Assembly: GCF_022539665.2 (NCBI RefSeq)
Contig: NC_081333.1
Coordinates: 4,092,001 to 4,156,000, forward strand
Origin: Daphnia carinata
Taxonomy: Eukaryota
Length of the DNA: 64,000 nt
Direction: 5' to 3'
In this document: piece after piece, positions 1 through 13,367 of the stretch
Position numbering within the stretch: position 1 is the stretch's first letter
Layout: the number at the start of each line of letters is the position of its first letter
Made by a program: the position numbers and the translations under genes
Notes under the pieces: generated by a model
Seen by the model: the letters and a program-made list of their open reading frames with translations, nothing else
What the model was told of the DNA's origin: nothing
Database searches by the model: none

Positions 1-41
1 ATAAATGTCGATTCAGGCCTTGTAATTTTTTTAGTAATTCA

Positions 42-2083
42 TCAAGATTCGCATTTTTGGTCCACAGATTGAGAATTTTTACGACCAATGTTCGATTTTT
101 GCAAGGCTATTCCCATTATGCCAAAGAGTACAGCACCTAGTAAGATTCGCATTTAATAATTTCAATAGAAATGTTAACGTTATTAACTTATTATTTACTT
201 ATCAAGAAAAATCCTGGATAAAACAACAGGAGAGTCTCCCTGTAACCCATCGTTTTACTTATGGGAGTGATGATAACCGGTACATTTCCTCCCACCTATT
301 AGAATTGTAAGTTTTATTATTACTTAAAAAGTTAAGTACGATCATCTTACGTTGTTCATAACGAAGAGAAAGACTGCAATGACGAAAGAGCACGCTGAGG
401 CAGGCACCAATTCGATCAAGATGGCGAAGAGAACCCCAAACCACATTTCGGCGAATAGGTAAGCAATCAGCAGGGAGGCAAAGCAGTAAGGCGGCGGCAA
501 AAGCAATACACCTGCTGCAAATGGACTTGCTATTGTCTGGCTCGCTGCCAAAACCCAAGCCCGAGCATGAAGTCCTGTCCGTTTCACGATTCGGTCCGAT
601 ACAGCACCGCCAATCAAAATTCCGCAAGAGCCGCCCACAATGGATACTGAGAAAAGCCACATGCCCACATCAGTGCCAGGATAGTAGTAGTCAAAGTAGA
701 GTTGGCTGTTGTAGGCCCAGGAAAACCCAGCTGTCAAAAGGAAAAAGAAATGTTGTAACTACAACCCCTGTCTTGGTGAGGCAACAAGTTTGGAACCGGT
801 ATGTCTGAAACAGGCGCCCAGGCAAAGCAAAATAACAAATGGATGGAGGAAGTAGCTCAGGTTGATCCAAGCAGTGTTGCAAATGGACTTTGACTCAATT
901 TCTGGGTCTTTTTTGGAACTTCGCTCAGCTTCCAATGGCAAACTGTCATCTTTCTTCGAGGCAGCTATAGAGCGTGGATCAGAAGTTGTTAACAACAACA
1001 AAGCTGCGAAAAAAAATCCTGGAATTCCGCTCAAATAATAAGCCCAACGCCATCCCTTTAATTGGAGAAGGGGAAATGAAACATTAACTATTTTACAAGT
1101 GAATCACGACGTCTGTTGTTACTTGACCGAGGATATCCAACGGGGGTATGTAATTGCCAACCACATAACTCAAACCATAACCAAAATAAATGCCCCAATT
1201 AACCAGTCCAAGAGCAGCACCGTGTAACGACTTGTTAGAATAAAAGAAGACGTTACGTTTGTGTCTTTAAAATTGAAATAACAAAATTACCTGAGGAAAA
1301 AGGCTCATCACTAAACTGGCCGAAACAGGCTGACAGGCGGATTCCCTGTTTAAAAGATTACATTTCTTTCATATTGACTTTGCTTAACAACTGAATACTT
1401 ACCCAAAAGCCACTCCGAATCTGAGGAAAATTAAGTGCCAAACTTCTTGTGCAGTGCCCATCACTACCGTACACGCGCTGAAAACGATGGTACTCGTTGC
1501 TAAGATCACCACTCTATCAAAGACAGTTTCAGTCAATGTCTTTTAAAATATATTAGCAGGTGTACCGATTGTATCGATCTGCAAGTGCACCAATTAACAA
1601 TCCACCTATGCTGAATGCGAGGATGAAACTTGGGCCAGCAAGAATTTGATATTCGATGCCCATTCCATTATAATCCCACTGACAAAAAGAACTCCCATTG
1701 GTTAAATTCGTCAGCACATTGTCACACCTATTATTGTCCAAAAAAATAATCAAAATTAAACTATAACTACCAATTGTTAACATGATTTACGTTTGTTGTT
1801 CTAGGTACTCTGAGCAGGTCGTGTTGCCATCGCCAAACTGCTCTGGAACAGATGAGTTTCTTAGGCAACTTTGATCACCGTATTCCAGATCCTGTGACAT
1901 GGCCCGGCTGGTAGTGCCTACAAGAAAATGTGACAATTCTCCAATGCCGTAACATAGCGACATAAGTGCCACCATGTACCACGCTTTGCTTCGTTTAACA
2001 ATCGAAAAATCACTGGCGGCTTTCTCCGGTGTCGGGACGATCGCCTTTACCCCGCTTCCATCAACCATACATTCTTCCTCCAT
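42..2083 (-). CDS. Major facilitator superfamily transporter (spinster-like), about 9 exons
   Basis: Spliced minus-strand exons give many TM segments and MFS motif-A-like GALADRYNR and GAVSDRIVKR. ATG at 2083, TGA at 42-44. Confidence 0.85.
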
Positions 2084-3367
2084 TCTGAATACCGGCTACG
2101 TTTCCTGTTAAACGTGTTTAATGAAAATGGCAATAACACAATTGGATTTCACATCTCAACTTTTTCATGAATCGCTTTCAAACTAATTCAAATCTTCCTG
2201 TGCCGTGTAGTTGTCGAACCTGCTAAGAGATGGCGTAGAAGCGCCTTTTTGAAATCTTAAATTACATAAAGCAGCATGATCAGCAAAACAAATTTTGTAA
2301 CTTGGTCAAGTTTGGCTCACTTTCCAATTACTATTTGTCACTGGAGGCAAACATCTACAGATGATACAACCACATTTTACCAAGCTCGAACACTACCGCG
2401 TGAGGATCTCTTCAGACAGAGGGCAATGATAGGAAAGATTACTTACCTCGTGTTGCATCACACAGGTACACTGACAGGGAACTTTGCACTTTGTACTTTC
2501 CTCTGATAAGAAAAATCCTTCGCAGTCGAAGACCTCGAACAAGAATCGAAACAGAGCTGACACACCCAACACAGTGAGCTTTCACGACCTATGATTGATG
2601 AATGAGGGCTGACCCTGTAGAGAGGACATATTTCTGGGTTCTGGCCATTTCTTCTGAGGCGTATAAACTACGTAAGCTGCGTCTGGGACTACTTTTCTCG
2701 TCTGAATCGATAACTATAGCCAAGCGCCACTAGCGGCAAAACAACGGGCTGGTTCAAGGCGTTCTGCAGAGACACTGAGTATTGCAGTGTAACGCATTCA
2801 CAAACTGATGTAACCAGATAACTCAGCCTATCTATTCTTTCACTGTTGATAACGATTCCAAAAAGCTTGTTCTCTAATCTGTTATTTAAAGACATTACCT
2901 TACATGAAGCAACAGTAATTTTAAAACTAAGGATATCATGTTACAGAAAAAGCAAACCCAACCTTGAAAACGAGTATTGAAATGTAGCCTCCAATAGGTA
3001 TAGATTCTCGCCCTACCTCCTCACACGACCGCACGCGTCGCAGATATATTTTACCTTTCCTTTCCTAAAGAACCGAAGGTCACTTTTCTCATTATCATTA
3101 CAATTCCAAAACGAGAAAAGGATGAAACTTAATCTGTTTTGAAATTTGAATGGTGGAAAAATGAAGTTTCTGTTCAATGCCACAGCATGCAGTTCATGAT
3201 AAACACTTGAAGAATGATTTGGTCATCCATTCGCTTACGATAGACATGTTTTTAGTTGTTAAGTCTTTAAATAAGGAATGGAGATAATTTTCCTGTTCGT
3301 TTTATTATGCATTGGCTAGTAATAAAACTCAGAATTTTATAAAAGCTCTCATCAAAATACCTACAGT

Positions 3368-4800
3368 TCAGACTGAAAAAGAAAAGATGAGATCCTCCAT
3401 CGGATCAGCAGTTCTGTTGGAACCATCTGATTCACCTAAGATGCACTGGGTCACGTTCGTATAAAAATCTTTTGTGGCCCAATGAGATCTGTTGAGATGT
3501 TCAACAGACACAGTCAGCCAAGTAACAGTGGTGTACACATCGCAAGGATTCGGTACATCTTCTACCCACGGAACAAAAAACCTGCCACAAAAAGAACAAT
3601 AACATTGTGCTCACTATAATACCTAAGATTTACGTACCAATAAGAGTCGCGTACTTTGATTCCGGCTTTGCTAGTGCATAATCCAGTGAGGAAAGTATCA
3701 TCGAAAGGGATGTACGGAATTGTTTGTGCAGCCGCCAATAAAGGAGCTATTGTAGAACCAGGTAAAATAATAGCTGCTCCACTGAAATACACCGGATAGT
3801 TAGACCAAGGCCAGTCATCCCAGCTGATGTACCATTTCCCTTCTTTGAAAAACGATGGCATAAAATACATCAATATAAATTAAAAGATAGAATCCATCTA
3901 AAATCTAATTACTAATGTACCTCTTAATGGGAGACTGTTCACGATGGAACCATAAATACTTTGCTCTGAAGCGTTGAGGCTTCTGATTACCGTTAGAAAA
4001 TTCTTGGTGTTGACGTAGACGTCGTCATCGATTTTTAAGACGAAATCTACTTGCGAACAGTGATCATTTATCCAGTTCAATAGCCCGACTACTTTAACTG
4101 TAAGATTATAGTAGTGGTCCATCATTTCAATCTGGAGAATGTCGTGATGTGTTTCATTCTCTTCTTCGATTTGCTTTTGGATTTCTTCGTTTGCTGGTAA
4201 ACCGACTACAAACGCGTGTCCAATAAGGTTCACTGATCCAAGATCCGACTGCATTTGCAAATGACGTAGCCACGTTTGTCGGATTATTTTGCGTTTGTGG
4301 AAATAACTAGGCGCAGAAATGATTGCCACGAATAGAGTAGAGGCACTATTACTATAAATTTTGCTTTGACAGGACTGAATTGCGATAGGATATTGGTAAA
4401 ACGTAACGTCATTCAGCACAGGACCGAAATCCGGTCGTAATCTTTTTACACCATGCAAGGGTTTCATCCCTGATTGAGCGACAACATAACGCGTATAGTT
4501 CTCAACCCCAGGATAGGGCGTGTCACGTAATTGGCTTGCTAGGTATAAGTAAAAATCACGTTGAATGATCGTGAAATTTTGATCAGACTGCCATATTACT
4601 TCGTCCTGCATAGAACTTTTAACACTAGGTGAATTGACGTACGTATTCATTGGCTGGATATAAAACTGGGAATGATTTCGAATGAATGCGTCGTGAATTC
4701 CTCGTGTCACGTCGATTTGAAACGCTCCAAGCGACACGTAAACGACAACTGCGAAACTGAGGAGAAGTACTCCGACCTTTAATCGTAAGACGGTCACCAT
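3368..4800 (-). CDS. GT31 family beta-1,3-galactosyltransferase/GlcNAc-transferase, 3 exons
   Basis: Type II TM anchor; AIISAP..KRKIIRQTW, DILQ..DHYYNLTVK, FVLKIDDDVYV (DxD), YPVYFSGAA and DDTFLTG motifs. Exons splice in frame to TGA at 3368-3370. Confidence 0.92.
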
Positions 4801-5160
4801 TGTTGGAAGTGAACTACTTTCCCAGGTTTGTAACGAGAATTTCACACATTGTTACGGTTTAAATGTCCGTGTTAGAATGATGGGCTAGCGTATGTTAGTC
4901 TACCCTCTTCGTGCATATGCGACAAGGGCCCAATATTTGTTTTGTGTTGGCATATACTTAACAGCTGTTAATTGCCCCGTCATTGCTTGTAATCAAGCAC
5001 AATCGTACATATGCGTAAGTATAACACACATGATAAGAGCTACAAGAGAAATACTTAGCTGCTTGATGGACAGACTGATGATGACATTGAACGAAATAAC
5101 AAAATCAATTGAACTTGTGTCTCAGGTATCCAGGTATTGCTATTCAAGACAATCGATTGT

Positions 5161-6259
5161 TCATGTTGAGAAGGAAAAATCATGACTTTTAGAAGGGTCC
5201 ACTGTTTGATTAACGCCCGCAGGTCGTTCGATGACGCACTGCGTCGCATTCTTATAGAAATTCTCAGTGGCCGAGTGAGATCTGTTTAAGGTGTTCCCCA
5301 CTATCCGTTAGCCACGTAATAAAGGTGTGCACGTGACACGGCTCTGGCATTTCTGATGCACCTCCGACGAAGAACCTTTTCCAGTTAGACACGAAAGCAA
5401 TCACCAAAGACTCTAACTATAAAATATTTCACGTAATTTTTGTTTCCTTTACCTGTCACAAAGGCGCACCTTAACTCCGGCTTTGCTACTATATAGTCCT
5501 GTCAGGTACTTGTCATCAAACGGGAAATACGGCGTCGTTTGCGAAGCGGCCAGTAACGAACTGATTATGCTACCCGGCATTAGCACAGCTGCTCCTTTGA
5601 AATAAACCGGATAGTGGACCAAGGCCAGTCTTCATAACTAATGTTCCACGTGCCATCTGAAATCGAAGTGTATAATGATAAATTATTCATCCAAAATTAA
5701 TTTTTTTTTTTCTGTTGCTTACCTCTTTGTGGAGGGTAGTCGGAAATAGATCCGTACATACTTTGCTCGGATGCGTTGACTGTTTTCAATACTGTTAATA
5801 AATTTTGAACGTTGACGTACACGTCAACGTCTACCTCTAACATGAAATCCAACGGAGAGCAATTGTTATTCATCCAATTCATAAGACCGACTACCTTGAG
5901 CGTCAAATTGTAATAATCATCATGCATCTCAATTTGGAGGATATCACCGTACGTGGCCTTTTCCGATTCGATCTGCTTTTGGATTTCCATGTCTTTCGTT
6001 ACTCCGAGCACAAAGGCAAATCCAACCAGATTGATTGAGCCATGGTCTGTTTGCTGCAATAAATGATTTACCCACGTTTGGCAGATGACATCCCGCTTGT
6101 GAAAATAATTCGGTGCGGAGATGACAGCAACAAATAATTTCCTAGCATTATTACGAAAGAAATGAAGACGACGACAACCAAACTGAGTATCATCAACCCT
6201 AGTCTGAATTGTTTCGCGGCACCCGTTAAGGAAAAACTATCAAAAATAACGACTGGCAT
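5161..6259 (-). pseudogene. GT31 glycosyltransferase pseudogene, tandem paralogue of 3368-4800
   Basis: Same motifs and intron positions as the neighbour. The stem region is missing, the TM anchor is out of frame with the catalytic domain near 6140, and there is a 1-nt deletion near 5615 (tgg tcc ac tat versus tgg tct aac tat). Confidence 0.8.
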
Positions 6260-6562
6260 TGTAGCCTCACTTTGGCAGACGGAAAACAAGAGATTCGTTT
6301 CCAATAGTAGGAATTGTTGCACGCAACTAGGCACGAAATGAACGGGTACGGTAAGATGAATAAAAAGAAATCTCGGAGAGATATATAAAAATCGGAAAAC
6401 GGGAGGATGCGAAAATAGCGACAGGTGAACAGTGACAACGTGTCTACCTTGTTTGTCCCGTCATACATCAATCGGTTGCCTTAAAAAACAGACGACTCAT
6501 GGTGTGCGATCAACAATAGGACTAATAAAAGGAAGGGCAATTAAGGAGCGAAGCCCGGGCGA

Positions 6563-6576
6563 GTTGCCATGACAAC
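6563..6576. promoter_or_regulatory. RFX X-box-like palindrome GTTGCCATGACAAC
   Basis: Matches the X-box consensus and lies between the divergent GT31 pseudogene and the FkbM gene. Confidence 0.35.
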
Positions 6577-7050
6577 TGAGGACACCTGCTTGGCGACAAA
6601 CTCACGAATATGGAGCGACTGACAATAGTAATCATAAACGGGATTTACTGCCCAACTGCAGCACTGTTTTTCTATTCAATTTTTATCTGTTAGTAATCTC
6701 GTACGTTCCTTAACTGTAGCATCTGTGCGTGTTGGTAAGATGCAAGTTGCCAACCCTGTCACTAGGCTGCTTGGCCGAATGCTGGAACGAGACAAGGTGA
6801 AATACATTTTCATCCGGTTAGTGGGTCATTAATGCTCCTGTCTGTGTGGGCAGCTTGTAATGGAAATTCGTCACATCGTTAGGAGCACCAACTGCACTTT
6901 ATTTACGTAGCGCACGCATCTGTGAAATCGACGGACCTTATGTTAGAATGCAAATAAGAGAATTTATAATAGAAAGACGAGTTAGGCATATGTAAGTCGA
7001 TTCGCAATACACGCTGACAAATCGAGCGAACGCAGTAGTTATTTTGGAAG

Positions 7051-8349
7051 ATGAAAAACATGGTTACCGATTGCCAATCCCGTTCGAAAATCCATCTTGG
7101 CGTATTTTTTATTGCACTAGTGCTCCTTGTTGTTTTATTAGTTCATCCGAGAACAGAAATTTACAATTATTACCAACAATCACAACGAAATCAATTGGAC
7201 ACTAATGCTCTGAGTAAGTCCGGAGTTCCGGTCGTGAATCACAATTACAATTTAATAGGAGACGATGTTCGATTCGGCAACTTGAGCCAGTTTTTCGGGG
7301 GCCAAGTCAAAAGTGAATGCACTTTAGGTTAGTAGTTAATTGTAATTTTAAAATGCTTTTTTAATTATATGCGCCGATAAAACGGCAGATTATATGAACA
7401 GCAAGAAATTGCAACAGGATCATCCCTGCGTTATCGAGACGATCCGGCAACATTACTTGAATAAACCATCACCACCGAACATCCAACTGAAATTGGATTC
7501 TGACGACGATAAGGACCGATCGCCTGGTCAAACGGGTATCATTTTCAGGCTCTTGAAAAATAAGGTATTATTTCACGATTATTAGATTTCTTTAGCGTGA
7601 TTGCTTACATTTGTTCGCACGGATAGACGAATGGATTCTTCGTAGAATGCGGAGCCCTTAATGGTGAATACATGTCGAACTCACTCGATTTGGAAAGGAA
7701 ATATAATTGGGGCGGAATACTGATCGAAGCCAATCCAATTACTTTCCAAAAACTTCTGTCACGTAACAGAAAAGCGTGGACGTTGCCCATCTGTCTTAGT
7801 TTAGAACCATATCCTACCGAGGTTTAGTAGAATTAAAATTTGAAGACCTAAGCCAATCAGTACAATGTTTCCCATGCAGGTTACCTTTCAGCCAAAGAAC
7901 GGTGATCCTGGACACAGCCATATTGAAGGGGAAGCTGAAACATTACAGAAACCTGGAATACCGGGCGTCGATCCTGATGCGGTTAAAGTTCAGTGTTTTC
8001 CGTTTTATTCCGTTTTGTTGGCAGTGGGGCGGACAGACGTGGATTTTTTTAGTCTCGACGTCGAAGGACACGAACTGCAAATTCTTAAGACCATCCCCTG
8101 GCACAAAGTTGACATTAAGGTACGTAACATTAAAAAATGATGGCAAAATTACGAAAATTGTTTTAAACGCCGAATATTTTTACCAAATTGTGTGTCGTAT
8201 AGACATTGACTGTTGAATGGGACAACATGCCGGAAGGCCAAGAGGCGTTGTCTCGTTTTATGGAAGACAGTGGGTTCATGAGGATCGGTGCATTTGATTT
8301 TAAGTTCACCAGAGATGTCATCTTCGTTAAAGATTTGATTAATATCTGA
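7051..8349 (+). CDS. FkbM-family methyltransferase (Star-like type II membrane protein), 5 exons
   Basis: N-terminal TM segment; GFFVECGALNGE..SN, WGGILIEANP, VQCFP and VDFFSLDVEGHELQILKTIPW motifs. Confidence 0.9.
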
Positions 8350-9059
8350 TGAACAATTCGGTGTTTTACTAGTCTCTTGTCCACTGACCGGATTTTGCAA
8401 TGCAGGTCCTGTTTCAATTGATGCAAAATACACTACTGTAACTGCATATTTGGACATAAATCAATCTTACAGCAATTGAGTTGCCGTCTAGGCCTATAGC
8501 TTACAAATTTTTCCATGAACAAAAATTTAACTAAAAGTAATCCATTTAAGAAAATGGGAAAGTTAATATTGACAGGATGATTTGTCAAGTAAGCATTTCC
8601 TAAAATTAAGTGTAATATATGCATATACTTAATTTGTTCAATAGTTTCTTCCTACTGAAATACCCTTAAGTATAAAGTCGCTGCCCTGCATTCTGGAAAC
8701 ATAACAAAAGATAAATCGCACAACAATGATAGAAAGCAATGGTTTCGACTAGTGTAGACAAAACGTCATCACTCGAGCAACAAAACAATATCGGTCGTGG
8801 CCACAAGAAAGTAAAAGTGTTCGCTATAACGAAGTTGAATCGGTAATGGGCACTTATTGTCCCTTTGTTGGTTATTTGGGGAACAACGGCAAGGGAGGAA
8901 ACAATTCAGGAAGAAAGAAAGAATGGTTCTTACTGCTAAAGCGTGAAATGATGGGTGAAACTCCTTGCCCGGCGGATTGTATTTAAATGCATCTGAAACC
9001 ACTGGCCATCCATCAGTCTTTACACCACCGCTTCCATTTCCACCCCAAGAACTCTCAAG

Positions 9060-9441
9060 ATGAATATTTCTGTGGTAAATATAAATTTAAGTTTTGGCTG
9101 CTTTATCCAACATAATTTTTTGAAAAATCTATTTGTCTTTGATACATCAAGATTGCCTTCTTCCTTGCTTTGTGCTTCGCTGCAGTGATGGCGGGTGTCA
9201 CTCGATACGGTTTCAGTATGTCTCCAAATACCGATTATTTCGAGCGAAGTACATTTTTTATTTTGATTGTTACTGTTCCATATTTTACTCGATAAAAGGT
9301 AACGCTGGCTTCCAACCTGGTGGCGGTATTGCTAGCACTGGACACGGCTACGGAGGCGGCTACAACACATTCGGAACTAATGTTTATTACGGCGGCGGAG
9401 TCGGTGGAGCCTTCGGTAAAACACAACCAATTCCTCATTAA
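9060..9441 (+). CDS. Small secreted glycine-rich peptide, 3 exons
   Basis: MNISV|IAFFLALCFAAVMAGVTRY|GNAGFQPGGGIASTGHGYGGGYNTFGTNVYYGGGVGGAFGKTQPIPH, with canonical GT-AG introns and a signal peptide. Confidence 0.7.
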
Positions 9442-9881
9442 TACGCCACTACTAGATGAATTGCTTTTTAAACTCTTTTCGTTTTTACATTTTATGCACA
9501 ATAGCAAGCTCTAGCCATTACGGGCGCTAGGAATTGAAGATGGTACCAGCTCGCTTCCGTTCTCAATAGAGAAACAAATGAGTGCTGAACTTTTCGCCTT
9601 GGGACTGCTGTATTACATTTTGTAACTTTTGTCTGTAGAGAATAGGTCTCTAGGAATCTTTGACGGAATAAACCGAGACATTTTTTTCCTACGAACTACA
9701 TTGTTTTGTTTTGTTATTCGTCGTCTGCTTACGTTGCCGAATCGACGGCTATCTTTAGCATGTTCCGCCTGTTCGAACGAAAACAAACGTTTGGAATTCG
9801 CATCGATTCAACGGCTCCCATCATTCTATCTCATACCTCACGAGGTGGTGGGTTTGTAGAGAACAATTCCGATATCTAGAA

Positions 9882-10677
9882 ATGGTCGTGTAAGTAATAT
9901 CTCTTGTCATGTTCGATAACCAGTTACTTTGTTTATGAATTGAAGACACTTCGTATTGGAACATTGTTGTTTTTGTCTAAGTCTTTCTGATAATTATATT
10001 ATCTAGTTTTAGCCGATTTACTGCATTGACATCTGGAACAACAACTGTTGTTGAAATCCCATCTGACTATGGGTATGTTGTATTAACTGGAATTGCATCA
10101 GCATGTCTCTTAACCTGGCAATCAATTCAGGTAAGCAACTGATAGTAACTGCTAGCTTTACCTATATCCAAATATGGCCACACCTCTACAGGTAGGCCAA
10201 ATGAGGAAAAAGTTTGGCATCCACTACCCAACCATGTACAGTCAAGAAACAAGTGGTGATGGGCACCTATTCAACTGCTACCAGAGAGCTCATCAAAACA
10301 CGTAAACAAAAATTGAAATACTTAACATAGAAAGAGAAAGCAATGGCACCTTTTTTGTTCACTTTGGCTTCTGCCATAGGTTGGAGAGCTACCCCATATT
10401 TTTAATGCTTTTATTTACTGGAGGACTTCAATACCCCATTCCATCAGCACTAGGAGGTGCTGTATGGATTGCTGGTAAAGTTGCATACTCTCAAGGGTAT
10501 TACACAGGAGGTATACAAAACAGGTTCTACTTGTATCTCGTAAAGACATTTTAATGAATTGCTTTATCATTTACAGATCCGAAGAATCGCATGCGTGGCT
10601 CTTTCGGTTATCTGGGACTTATCGTACTTTTGGGTTCATCAAGCCTGTTTGGAGCCAAACTGCTTGGATGGTACTAG
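9882..10677 (+). CDS. MGST3: Microsomal glutathione S-transferase 3 (MAPEG), copy 1
   Basis: DYGYV, YPTMY, FNCYQRAHQNTLE and GYYTGDPKNRMRGSFG motifs across 5 exons. Confidence 0.93.
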
Positions 10678-11091
10678 GTATTAGTATCCTCAGGAAAAGC
10701 AATAAAAATAAACTAAGCTAGAAGAGATTCTTAGTAATTGAAAAACGATGTTGTCATTGATTTTGTTTCATATATTCCGTTGTAAAAAAGTTAAAATAAA
10801 AGTCGAATAACAGCATGTCCAAGTCAACCATTATATAAACCCAATTGCATACTATTCCCTGCATTTCTCTCGTCCCACTGAATGAACCCATACCGGTTTA
10901 TCGTTTTTATCGTTCGTTACTCCGATTCTGATAGCGTCGAAAGATAGCTAGGGAGCCTACTTTAGCTGGTTTGTTGATCTACTAAACTTATTTTGTGTGT
11001 ATACAGAACGCATGAAACAAGCTTGTATTCTTTCCAACGATTTCCGCGGTGGAGAACCTTTTCAACTAAGAAAAACAAATAATTTTACAGG

Positions 11092-11879
11092 ATGGCCGCG
11101 TACGTATAAATTAACGTTCTATTTCGTCGTGTCAGAATTGACTGGCGTAGGATACCTGTATAGATTTATCCCTTAAAAAGTCTTGCCCCATTTATAATTT
11201 TCTATTAAGCTATTCCAGATATAGCACGTTTGCCTCATTTTCGGACTTGGGTCCTCTTGTTGAAATTAAACCTGACTACGGATATGTTATACTAGTAGGA
11301 GTTGCATCTGGTTTTCTCATATCGTGGCAGGCAGTTCAGGTACTTGTACGATAGACTATGAAACAAAATTTGAAGATACAGCCTCTGAACGCCAAAAATA
11401 GGTTGGAAAAATGAGAAAAAAGACCGGTATAAATTATCCTATCATGTACAGCCAAGATACTACTGGTGACGGACATCTATTCAACTGCTATCAAAGAGTT
11501 CATCAAAATACGTTAGTGCCTTCTCTTTATTTTATTTTTTAAGGAGGCGTCACATACGTCGATCGCGTGTTAAAATGTCTTATGTACAAGGTTGGAAGGG
11601 TATCCCCTTTTTCTGATGCTGCTCTTCACCGGAGGATTGGAGCATCCCATTCCGTCGGCTCTTGGAGGTGCTTTGTGGATTGCTGGAAAAATTACTTACT
11701 CTTTAGGATATTACACAGGAGGTATATATTATGAATTGTCATAAAGTCAAAAACGTATTTCAAAAGTTCGTACTTTAGACCCCAAAAAACGTGTCCGTGG
11801 CGCATTTGGAAATTTGGCACTTTTGACGTTGACAGGATCGTCAATTGCATTAGCTGCGAGACTTTTGAGATGGCTCTGA
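11092..11879 (+). CDS. MGST3: Microsomal glutathione S-transferase 3 (MAPEG), copy 2
   Basis: Same exon structure as copy 1; [13 protein letters not shown] and [16 protein letters not shown]. Confidence 0.92.
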
Positions 11880-12407
11880 AATTACATCATAACTGAAATT
11901 CAGATGTCCCGATGCATTAGTCCAAGGTTTGGTTACGGAATGTAATTACACTTTCTGTTTTAAACCAGCTGTTTCTTCAAGTGCAAAACAGGAAATCTGC
12001 AATTTGTGTACAATTTTTGTGGTTTTCGAAAGGATGGATGCGTAGTTAGCTGAGAACGTTTTTCCACGTTTTTTTTTCTTTTGTTTTATTCGGATAGCCA
12101 ATAGCAGTCGACGGGCTTCAAGGAGATAGGTTCGGATGCGATAATAAACGTTGGTTTTGCTGTGTCACGGGTATGACAGAGATAAAAGCAGAATCAAGGT
12201 TGTATCTACGTCGCCACATAACCATTGGTGCATATCGAGATGATATAAGGCTCACTGAAACAAATTTTTTAGGCATACGCGGTTGAATTGTCCCTGATCC
12301 GGCTGTTCATTTGGCGCTTCTTTAACTCGATAGTGTTTTTCCCGTTCGAATCGCACGTCTGACACTCCTTACAAAATCGTCGGCTTGTTGTACCAAAAAC
12401 ATTTTGT

Positions 12408-12962
12408 ATGAAAATTATGGTGTCTATTCAGTTATCGCATCAGTATGGCTGGGTTATTCTCGTTGGAGTTGCTTCAGCCTTTCTTATACTTTGGCAAGGA
12501 ATGCAAGTGGGAAAGATGAGGAAGAAGTTTAAGATTCATTACCCAACCATGTATTCCACCGAGAACAATGTGTTCAACTGCTACCAAAGAGCTCATCAAA
12601 ATACGTAACTCAAAAATCTTTTCTCGATGAAAGAGTTCTGTTTTTATCGCTACATTTTTTTTCCAGGCTAGAAAACTATCCACAGTTCCTTATGCTGCTG
12701 TTTATAGGAGGCATACAATTTCCCATTGTTACGGCACTAGCAGGAGTGGTTTGGATTCTGGGCAAAATAGCATACAGCCTTGGATATTATACTGGTGGTA
12801 AGTTCATACTTATTTAGGAGCTATGTGATATTTTAGCTACAAGTATGGTTTATTAAAATAGACCCTGCAAAGCGCATGAAAGGATTTTTTGGCTACATCG
12901 GACTAATAACAATGTTGGGGACAACAGTTTCCTTTGCCCTTAATCTTCTTGGTTATCTTTGA
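12408..12962 (+). CDS. MGST3: Microsomal glutathione S-transferase 3 (MAPEG), copy 3
   Basis: YPTMY, FNCYQRAHQNTLENYP and GYYTGDPAKRMKGFFG; 3 coding exons. Confidence 0.93.
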
Positions 12963-13367
12963 GATTGACTCAACAGGTTGTGGTCCTTAGCTGTTTTAAA
13001 TTTAAAAAGTCATATTCCAATTACCCAGAAATGGTTTAATGTGTTTAAAAGCAGCCAGGATATTGGTTAACAAGTTACTTAATTTGTTCATTTGGTTTTT
13101 AAATTTTAAATAGTTTCACTTGAATTTTGGATTAGACATATGTTTTAAGAAATGGGATAGTTAGATAAAATGAATATATGAAATTATTATCACACAGGAA
13201 ATATTATCACTAAAAAGGAAACCATTAGACTTGATTGTTTCTTTAATCCCAATAATCGTTTAATTATATTGGTATGGTCAAAAGAGCATTAAGAGTCGAT
13301 ATTTAAATAAGCAACGCCGTATTCCTAGTGCGGTAATTTGTTGAAGCGTTATCAATATTCAATAATT

